From NCBI GenBank assembly GCA_029263725.1, contig JAJUFS010000001.1, forward strand, positions 19,439 to 83,438: a DNA stretch of 64,000 nucleotides. Direction: 5' to 3'. How positions within the stretch are numbered: the first letter of the stretch is position 1; every line of letters begins with the position of its first letter. Shown piece by piece: positions 29,646 to 38,612 of the stretch. A program made the translations under genes and the position numbers. The notes under the pieces were generated by a model that ran no database searches, had not been told where the DNA came from, and saw only the letters and a list, made by a program, of their open reading frames with translations. This stretch comes from Gammaproteobacteria bacterium. Its GTDB lineage: Bacteria; Pseudomonadota; Gammaproteobacteria; Natronospirales; JAJUFS01.

Positions 29646-31139
29646 TTACAGGGCCGGCACGGTGTCTGCGGGCAGTTCGATCATGTAGGTGTCGACGTTG
29701 TCGTCGTTGCCCGAGTTCCAGTTCGAGTTGAACAGCACCTTGGTGAAGTCGCGGTTCACCGCCGCGTGCGGCTCGGAGAAGTAGTCGCCGCCCTTGTTGT
29801 AGGTGTGCGCCAGGTTGAGGATGCGCGGGTTCGGCTTCAGTTCCACCGCCATCACCTTGTTGGCGTACCAGCCGCTGCCGGCAACTTTCTCCTTGTAGGT
29901 CGAGATCAGCACCCAGCCCGGCTTGTAGAAGTTGCGCGCCGAGAGATGCATGGCGGTGGAGTTGCCGCCGGTGTAGATCTGCCACAGGTTGGTGGACTGG
30001 CCGTTGGCGAGGTCCCACATCCGCACCCAGCCGGAGTCGTAGTCGCCGGCGATCACCACGTCGCGGCCGTCGGCGTCCAGGCCCAGGTCGGAGTGCGGGC
30101 TCTTCGGCGCAAGACCGATGGCGAAGTTGAAGTCGCGCGAGAAGGACATCATGCCGCAGGGCTTGCTGCGCGTGCCGAGCGAGCCGCCCGAGCAGGCCGG
30201 CGAGCTCCAGGAGGGCACCACGTACTCGCCCGTCGCGCTGATGCTGATGTGATCCGGCGCCGGCACGCCGCCGCCGTCCTTCGCGAAGTCATACACGCCG
30301 GCGATCTCGTCCTTGAGCATGTCGTAGGAAATCATGCCAAGGCCCTTGTTGTTCGAATCCAGCACCACCAGGCCCCACCAGCGCGCGTCCATGGACGGCG
30401 AGCCTTCGGTCTTGGTCGAGACCTTGGCGGCGGACGGCCAGATCTGCTTGATGCTGGTGGCATCATGCCCCGCGATCTTCTGCACGCGGGTGAAGTCGGT
30501 CACCACGTTCTTCTCGCCGGTGGCGACGTTGTACTCGGTGATGGTCATGCCGCCGCCGTTCGGGATCACGTACATGACGTCCGGGTGCGTCGGATGCCAC
30601 TGCGGTTCGACGCCGGCGCCGTTGAGGTCGAGCTTCTTGATGAGCTTCAGCGTCTGGGTGTCGTACAGGTACCAGGACTGGCCGCGCGAATAGACGATGA
30701 AGCGCGAGTCGTCCGCGTTGAACGGCTGGCGGCGCGCATAGTCGTTGCGCGCGAAGCCGGACAGGCCTTCGGCGTCGGCATCGGTGGCGCGCACGATGCA
30801 GGAGCCGTAGACCGGATCGTTGTAGGGCTTGCCCTTGGCGGGCTTGGCGAAGCCGGAAAGCGGCTTGCTCGCATCCTGGCCTTCGACCAGCGCGAAGCTG
30901 CCGCTGTAGGTCGCGGCACAGGGGCCGGACTTGAAGCTGATGGCTTCGAGGCCGTCATCCGAACCCGGATCGGTCGTGGTCGGCGGCGCGCTGTCCGCGG
31001 GCACTTCGACCGCCGGGGGCGGGTTCGCGCCGGAAGGCGCGGTGTCCGGGGCGCTACCGCCGCCACCGCCACCGCCGCCGCAGCCGGCAATGAGAAGGCC
31101 AAGAGGGAGGATCATCTTTGCGAGGTTGGAGTTCCACAT
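29646..31139 (-). CDS. beta-propeller-like lipoprotein of unknown function, downstream of tandem c-di-GMP riboswitches
   Basis: AGGUGA lies 7 nt before the ATG at 31139. Lipobox LLIAGC is followed by Gly8 and a Pro/Ala/Thr-rich linker. The remaining roughly 400 aa is W/Y/G-rich and resembles TolB/DPP-IV-like propeller repeats. Confidence 0.75.
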   Translation of the reverse strand: MWNSNLAKMILPLGLLIAGCGGGGGGGGSAPDTAPSGANPPPAVEVPADSAPPTTTDPGSDDGLEAISFKSGPCAATYSGSFALVEGQDASKPLSGFAKPAKGKPYNDPVYGSCIVRATDADAEGLSGFARNDYARRQPFNADDSRFIVYSRGQSWYLYDTQTLKLIKKLDLNGAGVEPQWHPTHPDVMYVIPNGGGMTITEYNVATGEKNVVTDFTRVQKIAGHDATSIKQIWPSAAKVSTKTEGSPSMDARWWGLVVLDSNNKGLGMISYDMLKDEIAGVYDFAKDGGGVPAPDHISISATGEYVVPSWSSPACSGGSLGTRSKPCGMMSFSRDFNFAIGLAPKSPHSDLGLDADGRDVVIAGDYDSGWVRMWDLANGQSTNLWQIYTGGNSTAMHLSARNFYKPGWVLISTYKEKVAGSGWYANKVMAVELKPNPRILNLAHTYNKGGDYFSEPHAAVNRDFTKVLFNSNWNSGNDDNVDTYMIELPADTVPAL

Positions 31140-31257
31140 TGTCTGATCACCTGAATCTCGTTTGCGAGTGGAACCGGCCCGCAGCGCCCGAAGGCGGGGT
31201 TCAGGGATCGATCAGGAACGCGGAGATCGTTGCTGGCCGCTGCCATGGCTGGCGGCG

Positions 31258-31329
31258 GGCAACCCCGCTGTCCTGGGCAATGCCCTTCGGACCGGTGGCT
31301 TTGCGTCCCCGCCTCTCGACGGGTTTGCC
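31258..31329 (-). promoter_or_regulatory. c-di-GMP-I (GEMM-I) riboswitch aptamer, gene-proximal copy
   Basis: Minus-strand RNA is GGCAAACCCGUCGAGAGGCGGGGACGCAAAGCCACCGGUCCGAAGGGCAUUGCCCAGGACAGCGGGGUUGCC. It matches the Vc2-type core GGCAAACC..(GNRA hairpin)..GACGCAAAGCC.CCGG...AGCGGGGUU.CC. Confidence 0.85.
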
Positions 31330-31436
31330 TTTTCGCGACTGGCGCGCACACGAATGCCGCGCCGGGCGCACGCTTCCTTGCGTGTTCTCTTGACCGGCGC
31401 GGTGAGTGACAGGTGAAGGTCTGACCGGCTTGGCCG

Positions 31437-31499
31437 GGCAACCCCGCTGTCCGCTTCCGGACCGGTGGCTTTGCGTCCCCGCCTCTCGACGGGTTTGCC
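31437..31499 (-). promoter_or_regulatory. c-di-GMP-I (GEMM-I) riboswitch aptamer, distal copy
   Basis: Minus-strand RNA is GGCAAACCCGUCGAGAGGCGGGGACGCAAAGCCACCGGUCCGGAAGCGGACAGCGGGGUUGCC. A 40-nt stretch is identical to the proximal copy; only the P2 tip differs. Confidence 0.85.
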
Positions 31500-31639
31500 T
31501 TTGCTGCCTGTCGCGTCCTGCGAGCGGTGCGTCCCTTGCTTCAGACGGGGGCGATCTTAGGGATCGGGGGGAGGGTCAACGGTGACGGGGGTCACGTTTC
31601 GGGCCGAGCCAGGCTGGAAAAATCCTTTAATAACAATAA

Positions 31640-31669
31640 GTTATGAAGATTACCCTCAGAACGTGAGGG
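31640..31669 (-). terminator. candidate terminator after the GT4 fusion gene, within an AT-rich spacer
   Basis: Minus strand reads CCCUCA-cguuc-UGAGGG followed by an A/U-rich run (uaaucuucauaacuuauuguuauuaaaggauuuuu). This is the only AT-rich patch in the locus and may also hold the riboswitch leader promoter. Confidence 0.4.
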
Positions 31670-31705
31670 GATTTCCCTCAGCGTACCGTAGGGCGCCGGC
31701 GACAG

Positions 31706-33949
31706 TCAGGCGGAAGCGCCCATCGCGCGGCGGGCGCGCTTGGCCAGCAGGTGGGCGTAGATGGCGAGTACCGACTCGGTGAAGCGGTCGATGGAGTGAT
31801 TGCGGGCGAAAGCGACGGCCGCCTCGGACATCTCCCGGCGCAGCGGCTCGCATTCCAGCAGCTCGCGCACCCGGCGGCACCAGGCGCGGCGATCCTCGGC
31901 GGTCTTGAAACCGGTGACGCCGTCGCGGATGACGTCGTCGATGCCGCTGGAGCGCACGGCGATGCAGGGCAGGCCCGCCGCCATGGCCTCGAGCAGCACC
32001 ATGCCCTGGGTTTCGGTCTTGGAGGCGAACAGGAACAAGTCGCCAAGGTGGTAATAGCGCGGGATCACCTCCGGCTTCACCGCGCCGGCGAGGATGATCA
32101 CCTCGGCAAGCCCAAGGTCGCCGATGCGCGCCTCGATGCGCCTGCGCTCCGGTCCGTCGCCGATGATCACGAAGCGGAATGGCTGGTGCAGCTCGCGTTT
32201 CAGCAGCGCGACCGCCTCCAGCAGGAAATCCAGGTTCTTCTCGCGGCTGAGGCGCGACACGGTGACCAGCACGCGCTCCTCGCCGATGCCGAGCTTGCCT
32301 TTCAGCGCCGCGACTGCTCCGGCGTCGACGCGGTTGAAGCGCTCGAACTCGATGCCGGTGGGCAGCACGAAGATGTCGGTCTTCACGCCGATCAGGCGCA
32401 GGTATTCCTCCGCGGAGTAGGTCGGCACGATCACGCCGTCGCACTTGTTGGAGAAGCGTCTCACCAGGTAGTGCGAGATCAGGTTGCGGAACAGCGGCCC
32501 CGGGATGCTTCTGACGAAATGCGCGTAGTGCTCAAGGCGCGTGTGATAGGTGTAGACCGCCGGCACGCCGAGGCGCCGCGCCCACAACAGTCCGAGGGAG
32601 CCGCACCAGATCGGGTGGTGGCAGTGGATGATGTCGGGGCGGAAGTCGCGGATGGCGCGGTGGACGCGCGGATGAAAGATGTTGGCGAGGCGGAACTCGC
32701 GCTTCTCGCCCCAGATGAACAGCGGCGGCAGGCGGCAGCTGCCATCGCGAGGCGCATCGCCGCGGTCGCGGCGGCGGTAGTCGGGCGCGACAACCAGCGT
32801 CTCGCGGCCCGCGGCGTCAAGGCCGCGGCGCAGGCGGTCGATGGAAATCGGCACGCCGCCGATGAACGGCAGGTAGTTGTTGGCGAACATCGCCACGCGT
32901 CGCACCTCGTCGAGCCAGGGCGCGCCGTCGACGTCGAAGCTCGGGTAATAGTCGCGGTCGGTGAAGATCAGCACGTACAGCTTGATGGCGATCAGCGTGA
33001 AGATGCTGACGATGAGCAGGAAGTTCAGGTAGCCGACGTAGAACAGCGAGTGGATGAACAGCCACAGGCCCTCCAGCGTGCGGAACACCGGATGCTGGCC
33101 GATGTCCAGCGGCTGGGCGGCGATGTCCACCCGCGCGCCGTCCACGCTGACCTTCACGTAGTGATAGAAGCTGTCGTCGTCGTTCATCACCAGGCCGCCG
33201 GCGCCGCCGGTGGTGACGTACTCCGTGCCGCCTTCGCTGTGGCGGGCGAACACCGGCAGGTTGGCGGAGAACACCGCGCGCACGCCATGGCGCGAAAACA
33301 GTTGAACGAGCCGTTCGCGCACTTCCTCGAAGGCGAAGTGATCCTCCGGCGAGGCGAACCAGTTGTCGCTGCCGCTTTCGAACAGCGGATGGCTCATGAA
33401 TACGAAGGCGTGCCGCTCGGTGCGTTCGCGCAGCTGTTCCTCCAGCCAGTGCAGCTGCCAGTCGAACGAGGTCTCGCCGGTGCTGTCGAGGAAGATGAAG
33501 CGGCTGTTGCCGGCGGTGAAGCTGAAGAAGTAGGGGCCGAAGCGGTCGTAATAGCGGAACGCGCCGAAGTTGCTCGCCTCGCGCGGCCCGAAGGTGAGCA
33601 GGCAGGGCACATCGAGATACCCGAGCGAGCCGCTCAGCGCGCGGTACTTGTCCTCGCCGCCGCCGCTCACCGCGTTGCCGGCTGACACCACGAAGTCCAC
33701 GCCGGAGGCGTTCAGCATCGGCAGTATCTTGCGCTCGAAGATGCCGATGGAATTGTTGATGTTGCCGACCACCGCGAAGCTGAACCGCTCCTTGCCCTCG
33801 AGCGAGGCCTCGATCTCGCGGATGGCGCGCGGGTGCATGGTCTCGTAGTCGCCGGCGAAGAAATTCAGATAGACCTTGTAGCCGACCAGCAGCAGCACGA
33901 TGGCCACGTTCAGCCAGAAGACGAGCTTGAGCCTCGCGCGCGCCGCCAT
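31706..33949 (-). CDS. fusion protein: N-terminal TM, degenerate metallophosphoesterase-like domain, TM segment, GT4-family glycosyltransferase
   Basis: C-terminal half has GT4 features (ANNYLPFIGGV, EX7E as ETQGMVLLEAMAAGLPCIA). N-terminal half has the calcineurin-like layout with motifs substituted: GNINN for DxH, AGNAV for GD, GPRE for GNHE. Confidence 0.8.
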   Translation of the reverse strand: MAARARLKLVFWLNVAIVLLLVGYKVYLNFFAGDYETMHPRAIREIEASLEGKERFSFAVVGNINNSIGIFERKILPMLNASGVDFVVSAGNAVSGGGEDKYRALSGSLGYLDVPCLLTFGPREASNFGAFRYYDRFGPYFFSFTAGNSRFIFLDSTGETSFDWQLHWLEEQLRERTERHAFVFMSHPLFESGSDNWFASPEDHFAFEEVRERLVQLFSRHGVRAVFSANLPVFARHSEGGTEYVTTGGAGGLVMNDDDSFYHYVKVSVDGARVDIAAQPLDIGQHPVFRTLEGLWLFIHSLFYVGYLNFLLIVSIFTLIAIKLYVLIFTDRDYYPSFDVDGAPWLDEVRRVAMFANNYLPFIGGVPISIDRLRRGLDAAGRETLVVAPDYRRRDRGDAPRDGSCRLPPLFIWGEKREFRLANIFHPRVHRAIRDFRPDIIHCHHPIWCGSLGLLWARRLGVPAVYTYHTRLEHYAHFVRSIPGPLFRNLISHYLVRRFSNKCDGVIVPTYSAEEYLRLIGVKTDIFVLPTGIEFERFNRVDAGAVAALKGKLGIGEERVLVTVSRLSREKNLDFLLEAVALLKRELHQPFRFVIIGDGPERRRIEARIGDLGLAEVIILAGAVKPEVIPRYYHLGDLFLFASKTETQGMVLLEAMAAGLPCIAVRSSGIDDVIRDGVTGFKTAEDRRAWCRRVRELLECEPLRREMSEAAVAFARNHSIDRFTESVLAIYAHLLAKRARRAMGASA

Positions 33950-33951
33950 GA

Positions 33952-35010
33952 TCAGCCCCGCGCGACTTCGCGATGGGTGATGACCGCGCCGATGAGCATG
34001 CCGAGATGCGCGCTCAGGAAGCGCCAGACGACCACCACCAGCAGCAGGTGCGAGGCCTGGGCGAGGTCGGCGAACAGGAAGCCGAACACGCCCTCGGCGA
34101 TACCGGCGGCGCCCGGCGTGGGCGAGAAGTACATGATGAAGGTCAGCACCGTCATCAGCCCGAGCACCAGGAACCAGTCGATCTCGTAGCCGAGTGCGAC
34201 CAGGATCAGCGCCGGGAAGGAGAACAGCGTCACCAGGTACAGCACGCTGTTGGCGAGGGACAGCAGCACGTTGCCCCAGCCGCCGCGGAAGTAGTCGCGG
34301 AAGCCGCGCGCGAAGTGCAGCAGCTCACGCTCGGCCGCGAAGCGCCAGTCACGGTGGCGGCGCGAGCTAATCATGCGCAGCCAGCGCATTCCCTTCAGCA
34401 GGCCGTGCGTCGGCGCCAGCAGCCATTGCGGCCGCAGCAGCGCGAAGCCGAAGAAGGCGAGATAGGCGAGCAGGATCAGCAGCAGGTAGAACAGGAACTG
34501 GCCGCGCAGCGGCACGTCCTGCAGCCGCGGGATGACGAGCAGCAGCACCGGGGTGGCGGCGAAGATCAGCACCATCACGATCATGGTGCGGATGGTGGTC
34601 GCGCTGGTGCCGGTGCCCACCGGCACGCCCAGCCTGCGCAGGTACCAGATCTGCGCGAAGCCGCCGCCGGTCACCAGCGGGGTGATGTTGGAGAAGAACA
34701 GGTTGATGAAGACCAGCTTGACCATTCCCGTGGGGGGAATGTCATGGCCCAGCGCCCTGAGGGTGTAGTGCAGCCGCGCGCCGTCGGTATACCAGTGCAG
34801 CAGCAGCAGGGCGGCCGCGGCGGCGAGAAAGCCGGGCTGCAGCAGCCGCCGGTCGAACACCAGGCCCTCGTTGGCCACGTCCCGGTAGACCACCGCCAGC
34901 CCGATCGCCGTCAGCGAGATGAAGATCAGCGCAAACAGCGGCAGGCGCCATCGCGGTCCTATGGGAGTGCTCTGGATCTCGTCGGGCATGGCGGCGTCTT
35001 GCAGGCGCAT
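33952..35010 (-). CDS. flippase-like membrane protein (lysylphosphatidylglycerol-synthase TM-region / UPF0104 family)
   Basis: About eight TM helices, FINLFFSNITPLVTGGGFAQIWYL motif typical of TIGR00374-like proteins. Its stop lies 2 nt before the start of the GT4 fusion gene. Confidence 0.7.
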   Translation of the reverse strand: MRLQDAAMPDEIQSTPIGPRWRLPLFALIFISLTAIGLAVVYRDVANEGLVFDRRLLQPGFLAAAAALLLLHWYTDGARLHYTLRALGHDIPPTGMVKLVFINLFFSNITPLVTGGGFAQIWYLRRLGVPVGTGTSATTIRTMIVMVLIFAATPVLLLVIPRLQDVPLRGQFLFYLLLILLAYLAFFGFALLRPQWLLAPTHGLLKGMRWLRMISSRRHRDWRFAAERELLHFARGFRDYFRGGWGNVLLSLANSVLYLVTLFSFPALILVALGYEIDWFLVLGLMTVLTFIMYFSPTPGAAGIAEGVFGFLFADLAQASHLLLVVVVWRFLSAHLGMLIGAVITHREVARG

Positions 35011-35113
35011 CAACGCGTGAAGGTAGCCCGCCGCCGCGGGTGGCGGAATATGTGAAGTCCTGTAGGAAAGCGGGCCGACAGGACAGGGATTTCCGTTTAC
35101 AATGCGCGGCCTC

Positions 35114-35190
35114 GCCCTCGTAGCTCAGCTGGATAGAGCGTCCCCCTCCTAAGGGGAAGGTCGCAGGTTCGACTCCTGCCGAGGGCGCCA
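35114..35190 (+). tRNA. tRNA-Arg (anticodon CCT)
   Basis: Cloverleaf folded by hand: acceptor GCCCTCG/CGAGGGC, D arm GCTC/GAGC, anticodon stem TCCCC/GGGGA with loop CTCCTAA, T arm GCAGG-TTCGACT-CCTGC, encoded CCA. Confidence 0.93.
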
Positions 35191-35199
35191 GTCCTTCCT

Positions 35200-35436
35200 T
35201 CAGTTCCTCGCCTGCCGCGCCGGTCGCGGCCACGCCGCCGTCATGCGAGTATCCGCATCCTGAAGCGGCAGCGCGCGTGCGAGCCGGTTGCGGCGGAGCA
35301 TGTCGACGCGGATCTCGGCGCGAATGCCGTGCATCGCGTCAGTCATGTGGGCGCGGATGGCGAGCGCGGTTTCGGCCTGCAGGTCGGTGGCGAACGGCGC
35401 GGCGGCAAGCAGCAGCGTGGTGACTAGCGGGTTCAT
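35200..35436 (-). CDS. small hypothetical secreted protein (78 aa)
   Basis: AGGAGA lies 6 nt upstream of the ATG at 35436. Signal-like N-terminus MNPLVTTLLLAAAPFATDLQA. No recognisable domain. Confidence 0.4.
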   Translation of the reverse strand: MNPLVTTLLLAAAPFATDLQAETALAIRAHMTDAMHGIRAEIRVDMLRRNRLARALPLQDADTRMTAAWPRPARQARN

Positions 35437-35747
35437 GGCGGTCTCCTGGTGGAATGGCGCGCAAAGCGTGCACGCGGGAGGTGTCAGGAAGATGACTGCC
35501 GCCTGAAAAGCGTTTGAACCCGGCGAATTCCGCGGAAACGATTCCAAGGCTGCGCCGCTGCTGGATTTTCCCCGTGGTGCGCCATTCCTTATTTGTATCG
35601 TTTCGGCTAAACTTTCGCGCCTGCGTCGCCCGGACGTCAGCCCGCTTTTGCACGGGACGCGCTAGGGCTGCTCGCCTCGACTGACGACGCGCACGAAGAC
35701 TCACTCACGCTTCCTGAACGCTGGGAACCCTGGCAAAGACGTCGGAA

Positions 35748-38612
35748 ATGAGCGACTCCTACGAACAGCAATTACGCGCCTCTCTTTTCTCGGGCGGCAA
35801 TGCCGCATATCTCGAAGAACTTTACGAACTTTTCCTGGAAGATCCGCAATCGATCGCGCCCGAGTGGCGCGAATTCTTTGCCGGTTTCCGGGCGGCGGGG
35901 GCGGCCGGCGGCGATGTGCCGCATGGGCCGATCATCGCGGAGTTCGAACGCCGTGCCCGCGAGCCGCGTCGTGCGGTCGCCGCGGGCGGCATGGACCCGG
36001 TGATGATCGAAAAGCAGGCCGCGGTCATGCGCCTCATCGAGGCCTATCGCACCCGCGGCCACCGCCACGCAAGGCTGGATCCGCTCGGGCTCGCGCCCCT
36101 GCCGAAGGAGCCGGACCTCGAGCTCGCCCATTACGGGCTGTCCGACGCGGACCTCGACACCGAGTTCAGCACGGTGTCGCTGACCGGCCCGGATCGCATG
36201 AAGCTGCGCGACATCCTCGCCATGCTGCGTTCCACCTATGCCGGCACCATCGGCTTCGAGTTCCAGCACATCTCCGTTTCCGAGGAGCGCGGCTGGCTGA
36301 AGGACCGCATCGAGACCTCGCGCGGGCGCATCGCGCTGTCCGCCGAGGAGCGCAAGCACCTGCTGGAGCAGCTCACCGCCGCCGAGGGCCTGGAGAAATA
36401 CCTCCACACCCGCTTCGTCGGCCAGAAGCGCTTCTCGCTGGAAGGCGGCGAGAGCTTCATCCCGCTCTTGAGCGACGTGATCCAGCAGGGCGGCGCTGCC
36501 GGCGTGCAGGAAATGGTCATCGGCATGGCGCACCGCGGCCGGCTGAACGTGCTCATCAACGTGCTCGGCAAGTCGCCGCGCGAGCTGTTCTCCGAGTTCG
36601 AGGGCGTCTATGACCCGAAGGTCACGGACCGCTCCGGCGACGTGAAGTACCACCTCGGTTTCTCGTCCGACATCAGCACCCCGGGCGGCAACGTGCATCT
36701 CGCGCTGGCGTTCAACCCGTCGCATCTCGAGATCGTCAACCCGGTGGTCGAAGGTTCGGTGCGCGCCCGCCAGGATCGCCGCGGCGACGTGCGCGGCGAC
36801 AAGGTCATGCCGATCCTGGTCCACGGCGACGCCGCGTTTGCCGGCCAGGGCGTGGTGATGGAGACGCTGCAGCTGTCGCAGGCGCGCGGCTTCTACACCG
36901 GCGGCACGGTGCACATCGTCATCAACAACCAGGTCGGCTTCACCATCAGCAACCCGGCCGACGCGCGCTCCACGCCGTACGCGACCGACGTCGCGAAGAT
37001 GCTGGAAGCGCCGATCCTGCACGTGAACGGCGACGATGCCGAGGCGGTGATCTTTGCCGCGCGGCTGGCGGTCGAGTACCGCATGAAGTTCCACAAGGAC
37101 ATCGTCATCGACCTCGTCTGCTATCGCCGCCACGGCCACAACGAGGCCGACGAGCCGTCCGCCACGCAGCCGGTGATGTACAAGATCATCAAGCAGCACA
37201 AGACCACGCGCGAGCTGTATGCCGAGAAGCTGCAGCAGGAAGGCGTCATCGCCGAAACCGATGCGCGCCGCATGGTCGAGAACTACCGGGCCGGGCTCGA
37301 CGAGGGCCGCACGGTGGCGCCGGCGGTGCTCGGCATGATCGGCAACGAATACACGGCCGACTGGTCGCGCTTCCAGCAGCACGCCATGGACGTGGAGGTC
37401 GATACCAGCATCGATGAGGCTCGCCTGCGCCGCCTCGGCGAGGCGATCACCACGGTGCCGGAAAACTTCCGCCTGCACGGCCGCGTGCAGAAGATCGTCG
37501 ATGACCGCCGCAAGATGCTTGCCGGCGAGCAGCCGATGGACTGGGGTTTCGCCGAGACCATGGCCTACGCGGCACTGATGAGCGACCGCTTCTCGGTGCG
37601 CCTGACCGGTCAGGACGCCGGCCGCGGCACCTTCTTCCACCGCCACGCGGTCTGGCACAACCAGGAAGACGCCTCCACCTACATTCCGCTGCAGTCGCTG
37701 GCGGATGGCCGGGTGCGTTTCACCGTGGTCGATTCGCTGCTGTCCGAGGAAGCCGTGGTCGGCTTCGAGTACGGCTATTCCACCGCCGATCCCGACGCGC
37801 TGGTCATCTGGGAAGCACAGTTCGGCGACTTCGCCAACGGCGCGCAGGTGGTGGTCGATCAGTTCATCAGCTCGGGCGAGGCCAAGTGGGGCCGTTACTG
37901 CGGCCTGGTGATGTTCCTGCCGCACGGCTACGAGGGCCAGGGTCCGGAGCATTCCTCCGCGCGCCTGGAGCGCTACCTGCAGCTGTGCGCCCAGCACAAC
38001 ATGCAGGTGTGCGTGCCGTCCACGCCCGCGCAGATGTTCCACATGCTGCGCCGGCAGATGATGCGCCCGCTGCGCAAGCCGCTCATCGTCATGACGCCGA
38101 AGAGCCTGCTGCGCCACAAGCTGTCCGTTTCGCCGCTGGAGGATCTCACCGGCGGACGCTTCCATCACATCATCCCCGAGATCGATGCGCTGGATGCGAA
38201 GAAGGTCAGCACGGTCGTGTTCTGCTCCGGCAAGGTGTACTACGACCTGCTGGAAGCGCGTCGCGCCGACGAGCGCAACGACGTCGCCATCATTCGCATC
38301 GAGCAGCTGTACCCGTTCCCCGAGAAGGAATACGAGGCGCAGCTCAGGAAGTATCCGAACGCGCGTGACATCGTCTGGTGCCAGGAAGAGCCGATGAACC
38401 AGGGCGCCTGGTACCAGATCCGGCATCGCCTGCAGCAGGGTCTCGGCAAGGACCACACGCTGCGCTACGCGGGCCGCGAGCATGCCGCCTCGACCGCGGC
38501 CGGCTACTTCCAGATGCACGTCGCCGAGCAGAAGGCGCTGATCGAGGATGCGCTGAACGGCGGCAACACGAACCACGGCAATCAGAGAAAAACAGGAACG
38601 GAGAAGGCATGA
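35748..38612 (+). CDS. sucA: 2-oxoglutarate dehydrogenase E1 component
   Basis: 954 aa, N-terminal [36 protein letters not shown] ThDP region. Confidence 0.97.
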   Translation: MSDSYEQQLRASLFSGGNAAYLEELYELFLEDPQSIAPEWREFFAGFRAAGAAGGDVPHGPIIAEFERRAREPRRAVAAGGMDPVMIEKQAAVMRLIEAYRTRGHRHARLDPLGLAPLPKEPDLELAHYGLSDADLDTEFSTVSLTGPDRMKLRDILAMLRSTYAGTIGFEFQHISVSEERGWLKDRIETSRGRIALSAEERKHLLEQLTAAEGLEKYLHTRFVGQKRFSLEGGESFIPLLSDVIQQGGAAGVQEMVIGMAHRGRLNVLINVLGKSPRELFSEFEGVYDPKVTDRSGDVKYHLGFSSDISTPGGNVHLALAFNPSHLEIVNPVVEGSVRARQDRRGDVRGDKVMPILVHGDAAFAGQGVVMETLQLSQARGFYTGGTVHIVINNQVGFTISNPADARSTPYATDVAKMLEAPILHVNGDDAEAVIFAARLAVEYRMKFHKDIVIDLVCYRRHGHNEADEPSATQPVMYKIIKQHKTTRELYAEKLQQEGVIAETDARRMVENYRAGLDEGRTVAPAVLGMIGNEYTADWSRFQQHAMDVEVDTSIDEARLRRLGEAITTVPENFRLHGRVQKIVDDRRKMLAGEQPMDWGFAETMAYAALMSDRFSVRLTGQDAGRGTFFHRHAVWHNQEDASTYIPLQSLADGRVRFTVVDSLLSEEAVVGFEYGYSTADPDALVIWEAQFGDFANGAQVVVDQFISSGEAKWGRYCGLVMFLPHGYEGQGPEHSSARLERYLQLCAQHNMQVCVPSTPAQMFHMLRRQMMRPLRKPLIVMTPKSLLRHKLSVSPLEDLTGGRFHHIIPEIDALDAKKVSTVVFCSGKVYYDLLEARRADERNDVAIIRIEQLYPFPEKEYEAQLRKYPNARDIVWCQEEPMNQGAWYQIRHRLQQGLGKDHTLRYAGREHAASTAAGYFQMHVAEQKALIEDALNGGNTNHGNQRKTGTEKA

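Noticed and set aside
31056-31079. GGC/GGT run (Gly8) as a possible slipped-strand phase-variation tract or G-quadruplex.
   Set aside because: The repeat unit is a codon, so slippage would change linker length without switching the frame. It is an imperfect mix of GGC and GGT and sits in a typical lipoprotein tether position.
31118-31416. Plus-strand ORFs of 84-91 aa (31118-31393 and 31162-31416), and 31582-31782, in the lipoprotein upstream region.
   Set aside because: They overlap the two riboswitch aptamers and have no RBS, motifs or coding-type composition. The region is better explained as a structured 5' leader on the minus strand.
35114-35190. tRNA-Arg as the attachment site of an integrated mobile element.
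   Set aside because: No integrase, excisionase or transposase gene and no duplicated tRNA 3' segment were seen by eye in the adjacent 12 kb. It is therefore not called a mobile element, only a variable block.
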